From positions 124,001-181,757 of the forward strand of contig MEDY01000064.1 in the NCBI GenBank assembly GCA_001724265.1: a stretch of 57,757 nucleotides of DNA. Reading direction: 5' to 3'. The stretch's first letter is position 1; every line of letters starts with the position of its first letter. Positions 49,201-57,757 of this stretch are shown one piece after another. A program made the translations under genes and the position numbers. The notes under the pieces are model-generated. The model was not told the origin of the DNA and did no database searches. It saw only the letters and a list, made by a program, of their open reading frames with translations. The DNA comes from Rhizaria sp. SCN 62-66. Taxonomy: Eukaryota.

Positions 49201-51089
49201 GCTCGCCCTCGCGCGTGTGCTTCCCGCGCGGCTTCCTGTGGGACGAGGGCTTCCACCAGCTGCTCGTGTCGCGCTGGGACCCAGCGCTGAGCCAGCAGGT
49301 CTTCGCGACCTGGGCCGCGATGATCGACTCGGAGGGCTGGCTGCCGCGCGAGCAAATCCTCGGCGACGAGGCACGCACGCGCGTGCCCGAGGAGTTCCAG
49401 ACGCAGCGCAGTGACATCGCGAACCCGCCGACGCAGGTGCTTGCGCTCAAGACGATGCTGGCGCACATGCTCGAGCGCGAGGGCGCGCGCCTGGGCTGCG
49501 AGCTCAAGCTCGCGGGCTCGCTGCACCACGCCGTCGACAAGTGCGGCGGCGCCGACAACATCAAGTGGTCGTCTGAGTTCACGCAGTTCGTGGCGTTCCT
49601 GCGGGACGTGTTGCCGTCGTACCGCCGCCAGGCGATGTGGTACCTGCAGAGCCAGGCTGCGCCCGCGCACGCCGACCCGCAGGCCACAGGCGTGAGCTAC
49701 GAGGAGCTGGTCAAGGCCACGACCGCGACGCAGCCCGGCCAGGTGAGCGAGGCTGCGGTCGAAGCGCTCCTGGCCGACGCGAAGGCCAAGGCGGCCGCCC
49801 GCGCCGAGGACGCCGCCGCGAGCAGAATCGTGCCGGACGATCTGCCGTGGACTCTGACGCGCGACCTCTCGTGGCTCAACGCGAGCGTGTACATGTGGCA
49901 CTCGCGCACGCGCGCGCACGCGCTGTCATCGGGGCTGGACGACTACCCGCGGCTGCCGATCGGGCCTAGTCCGTTCGTGCTGTCCGAGGGCCACGTCGAC
50001 TTGCAGGCGTGGCTCATCATGTCGGCCAACACGCTCGCCGACCTCTCCGAGACGTTGTTGGACCTTGCGACGATCATCGGCGACGAGAACATCAACAACA
50101 TCATCACCAGCAACAACACGAACAAGAACAAGAACGCGAACTACCGCGACGACACCAACAAAAACAACGCCGACAGCACTGAGGAAGTGCCCGCCCCCGA
50201 GCGCATCACGGTCAACAACCGCGCGTTCCCCGTCACGGGCCCCGCGCGCTCCCTGCGTTTCCCGCCCGGCACCACGCCCGCGGCGCGCGACTTTTACACC
50301 GCGCTGGCGATGCACGAGCACGCGGCCGAGAGCGAGCTGACGCAGCAGACGCTGAACCAGCTCCCGCCGCTGCTGCCCGTCCCGCCGCCGCGGCGCCCGT
50401 TCAACCGTGCTGCGCTGGAGAAGGACATCATATTTTTCCGCTCCAAGGCCGAGTCGCTGCTGCAGACGATGAACCGGCTGATGTACGACCCCGTGGCGAA
50501 GAAGTACGCCGACTTCGCCGTCATCGCAGGCAACTACGACGCCGAGGCGCAGAACGTGTACGACCGGTTCGTGCGCAAGTTCGGCGTCAAGGACGGCGCC
50601 AAGGACGTCAAGCCGGGGCACGTGTTCATTCACCACGACGGCTACGTGTCACTGATGCCGCTGTTCTTGGGGCTTGTGCCCGTCGAGTCCAACTCGACCA
50701 AGACGCCCTCGAAGCTGCTGAGCATGCTCGACGTGCTGTCGTCGCCGCAGGTCATGACCAACTTCGGCATCCGCTCGCTCTCGCGCGCGGACCCGCTGTT
50801 CGGGGCCGGGGAAAACTACTGGCGCGGCAACGTTTGGGTGCCCGTCAACGTGCTTGCGCTGCAAGGCCTCACGGGCTACGTTGAGGCCACGAGCGGGGAG
50901 ATGCGGGAGAAGATCGTCAAGCTGCGGGAGAAGCTCAAGGATGGAATCATTAGCAACTTGTATCAGGAGTATAAGAAGAAGGGTTATTTGTTTGAGAACT
51001 ATGAGGCTAACTCGGGGCACGGTGCGCGTTGTGCGCCGTTCACCGGGTGGAGTGCGCTCGTGGTGCTGCTGATGGACGGATCCGTCTAA
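46299..51089 (+). CDS. MOGS: Mannosyl-oligosaccharide glucosidase I (GH63), ~1506 aa; exons 46299-46493, 46631-48796, 48930-51089
   Basis: Type II TM anchor, WGTYRPSVYVG, FGLMW, HDGRHYG, SLLGGMGYWHG, PSRVCFPRGFLWDEGFH, GWLPREQILG, LSSGLDDYPR, NYWRGNVW, FENY...PFTGWSALV. Two phase-0 introns. Stop is TAA. Confidence 0.95.
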
Positions 51090-53071
51090 GTTCGATCTAC
51101 GCTCCCTTCGACTCGCAAGGTTTAAGGAGTGAAACTTAACTGTCCGCTTGAAGTAGCGTCAGCGATGCAGTCACTTTGTGCTTTTTTTGTCATGATGAGT
51201 TGCGACTTGTTATTTCGAAACAAAAAAAAAAAATCCTCATAACTATTTGTACAGCAGCGACCACACGGCTTACTATGTGGTTGGTATCCTATTATGTATT
51301 TGTTTTCTGCCAGTTTCCTACTCTTTATATGGTTGCACTAATTTACTTTTTGCTCTTGATGTTTTATAGTTCCGATCATTTCCTCGTTCCCAATTTCTTT
51401 TGTTCAAGTATATCTTGGCACATATTTGCACTGTTCTTTGTTCTGCTCGCGTTTATTTTTTCAACCATGCATCGCTTGTTCTTGCTCACCCGCACGCTCT
51501 CAAATTTGCAGTTGCTCTTTCTGAAAGTTCAACACGAACATCACTACTATGACTCGAGAACAGTGGCTTGTATAGTTGTCTTTGCCTAGTTGCATGGTGT
51601 CTCTTTTATTCTTTATTCGTCTTCGGGGAGGAGTTCCTATTGCGTCTCTCAACATGCATCGGTCTCTTTCCCTCCTGGCTTCCTTGTAACTTGCATCAGT
51701 ATCACGCACTCACAGTTATTAGGCCTGCTGTGATGCTTCTTGTTGATACTTATTGTTTCTTGATCATGTGGATCACAATCCGTCCAGTAAAAACACTTCA
51801 AAACGTGTTGCTATTGTTATATTTTCATTTCAGACACTAACAATGCTTACGTCTCAACAGCTCTCTCTTTGCTCGATCGAGAGTGCGTTGTACTGACGCT
51901 ATTGCTTCTTCGAAGCAACTCCACTACTCAACTATGTAAGGCTCTTTTTATTTTTCAACTATGTTTACTGAACCCACTTTGCCTGTCTATATATTCGCCT
52001 GTATTTCAACCGCGTCTGTGGGGGGGCTATCAGGAATGTGTGTACTGCTCTGTTCATATGTCACAACATCCGCGGTATCCGCGGCAACTGTATATTTCGA
52101 TGCAATCCAACAATAAAATTTCGACTTTTATGTCACAAACAAACGCCTCGATCTGAATTCGTATTTCTCTAATTCTTTGAACGAGCTTACTGTGAGGAAC
52201 AATAACTGTTGTGTGTATAGAAGATAAGATCGATATGAAGAACCAAGTACAAATACGACAATATACACTTGATGGCACAAGAAAAAAGAAAAAGACGAAT
52301 AAAACAAAAATGACCATGCTCACGAATAAAAGGGGAAATCGTCCACGCAATCATTCACAGCAGCATCATACAACTCTACATTGTAGACTATGGGCACAGT
52401 AGTCTCAATCCTGTAAACTGACAGAAAAGAACACTACAACAGCAACAGCACAGAGCAACAATCAAAAAAAGCAACGACAAAAAATACACACAGAGACACA
52501 AACATGTGCGGATAAACGATATTAAATATGCAACACAGATCTGGGCTATTGTCAACAAGAAGTCCTGTCGAGACACAAAGACAAGGTGGAAACGTCAAAC
52601 GTTATGGCCTGTGTCTGTTGTACGATTATCACGACTGTTTTCGCAAGAGCCATTTACATCACCACTCAAATATGTTACAAGAAACACGTTTAAAAAAAAG
52701 AAAATACGCCTTGCTACTGCTGAATCACAAACACAGTCACGACCTGTCTCTCGTTCTCACTCTAAAACAAAAAGACTCAAGACAAGACTGGTCGAATCAA
52801 GCAAAAACAAAAACGAAACGAAATATGTAAGAGCATACAAAATACAAGACATGATGTGTCGAAAGACACTCACAGACGTACATCGTACTTGCGTACGCAA
52901 AATGAAACTAACGTACAAAGAGGATATCGAATGCACTGGATATAGGACCATACCACTGGACATGTCGAAACAAACACGGACACTAGATGCTAGCTAGCAT
53001 GGCAACATCGGCAGCAAGTGTGTTTTTCGGGCATGTCAGCATCACTGATCGCGTTTAGGTTGTCCGCTCGG

Positions 53072-53832
53072 TTAGAACCCGCCCTGGCCAGAGTTGTCGT
53101 TACTGTGGAACAGCTCCGACGGCAGCAGCGCGCCGCCACTCACGTTGACGCCCAAGCCCATGGCGCTTGACGCCGAGGCCGAGGGCGACTGCTTGAGTCC
53201 GCCGCCAATCACCCCGCTGCCGCCAGCGCCACCGGAGACGTTGAGGTCGCTGCCGGCGCCCGCGAGCCCGGTGTGGGGGCTGTGCGAGTGTGAGTGCAGC
53301 GAGAGCGCGTCGCTGCCCAGCCCGCCGACACCGACGCCAGCGTTGGTATTGCTGCTGGAGAGCTGCATGCCAAGCGGGGACGAGAAGCCGAAGATGTCGT
53401 AGCCGCCGCCGCTGCCGAGCCCGACGCTGCTGCTGCCGCCGAGACCGCCCATGCCGAGCCCGCCCAGCCCCGCGCCGGCGCCGAGGCCAAGGCCAGTGGC
53501 GGAGCCGATGGTGGAGCCGTGCACCGACACAGAACCCATGTCGCCGCCGGCGATGCTGCTGTGCAGACTGGCGTTGCTGACCGAGACGCCGCCCAGCGAG
53601 CCGTGGTGATGGTGCTGCTGCTGCGGGTGCTGCCCGTGGGCGTGCGAGTGCGAGTGCGCCAGATGGCCGCTGCCCAGCAACGCGTTGTGGCCGTGGGCCG
53701 AGGGCGCGTGGAGAATGTTGCCGAGGCCGAGGTTGCTGTTGCCGAGCCCGTGCGCGTGGCCCATGAGCGGGTTGTAGTGGCCGTGTGCCAGCGACGACCC
53801 GCCCTGTGACTGTTGCTGGGACTGCTGCTGCA

Positions 53833-53863
<31 letters not shown>

Positions 53864-56800
53864 GTACTGGCCGACAGACGCGCTGTCACCGACCAGCATC
53901 CCGCCGAAGGGCGAGGCCGAGTTGGCCAGGCCGCCGGAGGATGTGTTGACCACAGTGCTGTTGTTCGAGAGCATCATCATGCCCGTCGACGTCGAAGACG
54001 ACGAGGACGAGGCCGAGGCAACCGAGCCCGAGTGCAGCGGGAACTGTTGCGATTTGCTCGACGCGTTCTTGAAGTCGGTTGAGTTGAAGAAGTCGGCCAC
54101 GTGGTGCGCGTTGAAGGGCGCCACGGCGTCGAATGACTGGTGGTGCGCGCGTTGCTGCTGTTGCTGTTGCTGTTGTTGTTGCTGCTGCATTTGCTGAAAC
54201 TGCTGCATCTGCTGCTGCTGTTGCTGCTGGTTCGCGTTGCTGTTGAAGTTGGCGTTGTTGTTATTGTTGCTGCTGTACTGGCCCATCCCCTGCATTGGTC
54301 CCAGGCCGGCAATTATCGTATTGTTGTTACTGTTGCTGTTGCCGCCACCAGTGCCAGCGCCGGCGTTGAACATCCCGCCCATCATGCCGCCCGCTCCGGG
54401 GCCCGCGGCCACGGCGGCGGCGGCGGCCGCGGCGGCGGCGGCGTAAGGCGTGAGCATCGGCGAAGGCGCCCCGAAGGATGAGCCCGCACTGGTGGAGGCG
54501 CCGCTCTTGACGTGGCCGCTCATGCTGTTGCTGCTGCTGCCGCCGATGCCCTGCACGCCCGCGCCCGCAGCGCCGCGATTGGCGTTGCTGTTGGCGTTGG
54601 CGGTCGAGTTGGTCAGCATGTCGCCGACGCCGACGCCGACGCCGACGCCGCCCATCCCGGCGCCAGAGGCGGCGGCGTTGGCGGCGGCGGCGGCGGCGGC
54701 GGCCGCGAGCTGGTTGTTGTGGAGCGCGGAGGACGCGGACAATGGTGGCAGCGCGGGGGAGCCGTGCTGCAACTGTTGTTGTTGCTGCTGCTGCTGCTGC
54801 TGCTGTTGCTGCTGCTGTTGCTGCTGCTGGCCGAGGGCGAAGCGGTATTGCGCCACGGCGTGGTTGAACGAGGCCGAGTCCGCGCCCGCGGCCACTGCAG
54901 CGGCGGTGGCGGCGGCGCGCTGCTGCATCTGCAGTTGTGCCTGAGCCTGAGCCTGCGCCTGCGCTTGAGCCTGGGCCTGGGCCTGAGCTTGGGCCTGCGC
55001 CTGGGCCTGAGCCTGGAAGGCCTGCTGCTGGTGCTGCTGGTGCTGTTGTTGCTGCTGCTGCAGGAAGTGGTACAGGAACATCTCCGTCGTGGCCACGTCC
55101 GCGCCCGCCGCCGCAGCCGCGGCCGCGGCCGCGGCGCCCGCCGCGCCCGCGCCCATGCCGTGGCTCAGCGCGGCGTGGTTGTGGCTCTGCCCGTGGCTGT
55201 GGCTGAGGCTGTGGCCCTGGCCGTGGGCGCCGTGGCCGAGCCCGTGCCCGTGCGCGCTGCCCGCGACCGAGCCCGGGTGCGATCCCAGGCGCATGGAGCC
55301 GGCGCTGGCGGACCCGCTGGGCTTAAAGCCGAGCTCGCCGCCGGAGCCAGCCAGCGGGTTCATGCCGGCCGCGAGCCCGTTGAGCGCGTTGCTGCTGCCA
55401 CTCGACGGCAGGCCCGCGAAGACGCCGCCGCCGACGCCGCCAGTGCTGCCGGAGCGCGCCTGCGGCAGTGGGACGCCGCCGGCCCCGTACGCGCCGCTGC
55501 CCGTGCTGCCGTGGTGGTGCATCCCGTGCCCGCCGGCCCCCGCGGCAGCGGCAGCGGCCGCGGCCGCGGTCGTGCGGCGGCTGCTACCGAGCCCGCCGCC
55601 CGCGTTGCCCGCGGCGACAGCGGCCGCGGCGGCGGCGGACACCGCGGCCGACGCCGAGGGCGAGCCAGGGATGCCCGAGCCCGCGGCGCCCGCGGCGGGG
55701 GTCGTCGCCGCGGAGCCGGGGACGCGGGCGCCGGTGTAGGCGTTCGCGTTGGCGTTGGTGCCAGTGGCACTGGAGCCTGCCGACACGCCCGAGCGTGCCA
55801 GCTGCTGCTGTTGCTGTTGCTGGTGCTGGGCGGTGGAGCCGCTGGCGCTGGCGCTGCCACTGACGCTGCCGCTGGGCGTGAGCGCGCTGGTGAAGGCGGG
55901 CGCGGTCGCCGCGAGCAGCAGCATCTGCTGGTGTTGATGTGACTGCGCGCCGTCCGCGGGGCCCGCCACGCTGCCGCTCGCGCTCACGGCCCCGCTCGCC
56001 GCCTTGTCGCCCGCGATGCCGGGGGCGGTCGCGGCGGCGGCGGCGGCGCCCGCGGCCGCGCTGGCGCTGGCGCTGGCCGCCGCGGCAACGGCAGCGGCCG
56101 CGGCGGCGGCGGCCGCGGCCCCAGTCGGGTCTGGCGCGAGCGCGACCTGGGGGTTGTACTGGTGGTCCGTGCCGACGATGAAGTAGCCCTTGGTGTGGTG
56201 CTCCAGGAAGCGCTTAAGCCCGCCGTAGCGCTCCTTAAGCATCGTCGGCAGCGAGTGGTTGTTGGTCTCGGCGTGGAGCAGCGAGCCCAGTCGGCCGACG
56301 GGCAGCGAGCCCTTGCGCCGCAGAATGCGGTGGATCAGGTCGATCAGCTGGTCCTTGCTCAGCTCCGGCGGGTCGAACTGCTTCGCGTGTGCCAGGTGCC
56401 GCACCATCGAGCTGATGCCGCCGTCCAGGTTGTCCGCGGGGGTCGCAGAAGTCACGGCGGCCGCGGCGGCCGCGGCGGCGGCTGCAGCGGTGGCGGCTGC
56501 CACGGCCGCGGAGGCAGCGGTGCTGGGGGTGGCCGCGGCCGCAGCCGCAGTTCCAGCCGCCGCGGCAGTCGCTGCGCCGGCGGTGCCGGTGACCGTGACG
56601 ACCGCGGGCTGCGCGGCCCCGTCGACGGCCACAGCAGCGTCGCCCGCGGCGGCCGCAGCGGCCGCGGCCAGCTGCGGCGACTGGAGCGGACTGGGGCTCG
56701 CCACCGCAGTGGTGGCGGACTTGGTGCTCACGCTGATGTGCGTCAGCGTCTGTGACCGCAGCGGCGCGCCCAACGGCCGGTCGCCACCCGCGCCGCCGGC

Positions 56801-57757
56801 ACCGGGCGCGCCCGCGCCGGCGCTACCGTCGGCCGCGGCGGCCGAAGAGTCATGCGAACTGCTGTTGGCGCCGTCATCGTCGACGTCGTCGTCGTCGTCT
56901 TCGTGGAGCCCGGCCTCGCTGTGGTCGCCGTCGTGCGCCTCGTCCTCTTCGTCGTCATCGTCGTCGCCGTGTAGCAGCGTGTCGGCGTCGTCGCCGTCGC
57001 CGTCGCTGTCGTTGTCGCTCGTCGCCGCGCTGCGCGACACGCCGCTACCGCGGCGCCGCTGCGGGCGCGGCAGCAGCTGCTGTCCCGGCTTGCCGCTGCC
57101 ATCGGCCGCGGTGGCGGTCGCCGCAGAGTCGGTCTCGGTCGAGGCAGCGCCCGCGGCATCACCGGCGTTGGCAGCGCTGCCGTCCGCGCCGACTGCGTGC
57201 TTGTCGCCAGCAGCCGCGGCAGCAGCGCGACCGCGGGACTTGGTGGCGCTCGCCTCCGCGGCCGCGGCGACGCCGGTGATCACTGGCGCCGCCGCGGACT
57301 CGACCGCAGCCGCAGCGCCGCCGGCCGCAGCGGTGGGGGACGCTGCGCTCGCGGCGGCGGCAGCAGCGGCGGCGACGGCCGCGGCGGCCGCGGCGTTGGC
57401 CCTGCGGCCGCCCCTGGTGCCAGCGGCGCCATGCTGGCCGCCTTGCAGCAGCTGCTGCTGCAGGTGCTGCTGGTGCGTCGAGGCGACTAAGCGGACCTTG
57501 GAGGCGTCGGCGACGGTCTGGCCGCAGCGCAGGGATGTCATGCCGCTGGTGCTCGTCGCCGCCGTCGCGTCCGAGACCATGGACCGCGCGCTCGAGGGGC
57601 GCGCGGGGCCCGCGCCCGCTCCGGCCGCGCCGGTGACAACGACGGAGCCGCCGCCGCCGCCGCTTGAGGGGACAGAGGGCAGCAGGCTCGGCGCCGCTGC
57701 GCCCGCAGCCGTCGCGGGCGCGGGCTGGCCGGGCACTGAGGCGGCCGCGGCAGCCGC
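53072..57757 (-). CDS. Q/A/G/H-rich low-complexity protein with one LOTUS/OST-HTH-like winged-helix domain (~56370-56140); 5'-partial
   Basis: Open frame runs to the window edge. The only globular-looking segment is LIDLIHRILRRKGSLPVGRLGSLL...LKERYGGLKRFLEHH...FIV. Stop is TAA. The domain call is tentative. Confidence 0.7.
54935..55015 (-). repeat. (Gln-Ala)n hexanucleotide repeat flanked by poly-Gln tracts
   Basis: Repeated CAGGCN units inside the CDS. Confidence 0.9.

Noticed and set aside
51176-52997. AT-rich ORFs here and at 39644-40430, 22431-22901, 18888-19295 and 29634-29954
   Set aside because: UTR, intron or intergenic composition without the codon bias of real genes.

Overview
Gene-dense eukaryotic (protist-like) nuclear DNA with GC-rich coding exons and short, mostly AT-rich GT-AG introns (donor mostly GTACG). 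About 13 genes can be modelled: a giant low-complexity AT-hook protein, organellar IF2, OGFOD1/Tpa1, CHID1, a PepSY-TM-like membrane protein, a small hypothetical, a 4-TM protein, an FHA protein, a secreted Lys-rich protein, MRT4, a Hook-family protein, glucosidase I (MOGS) and a LOTUS/OST-HTH-like Q/A-rich protein. Main result: TAG appears to be a sense codon while TAA and TGA remain stops. Six in-frame TAGs lie inside four genes, two of them upstream of conserved domain halves (FHA, GH18). Two more TAGs are followed shortly by an in-frame TGA, and no gene clearly ends in TAG. Second result: the Hook gene appears to have two alternative C-termini, one soluble and one tail-anchored. I saw no CRISPR array, rRNA, tRNA or mobile element. 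All family calls come from motif recognition by eye, not from database searches.
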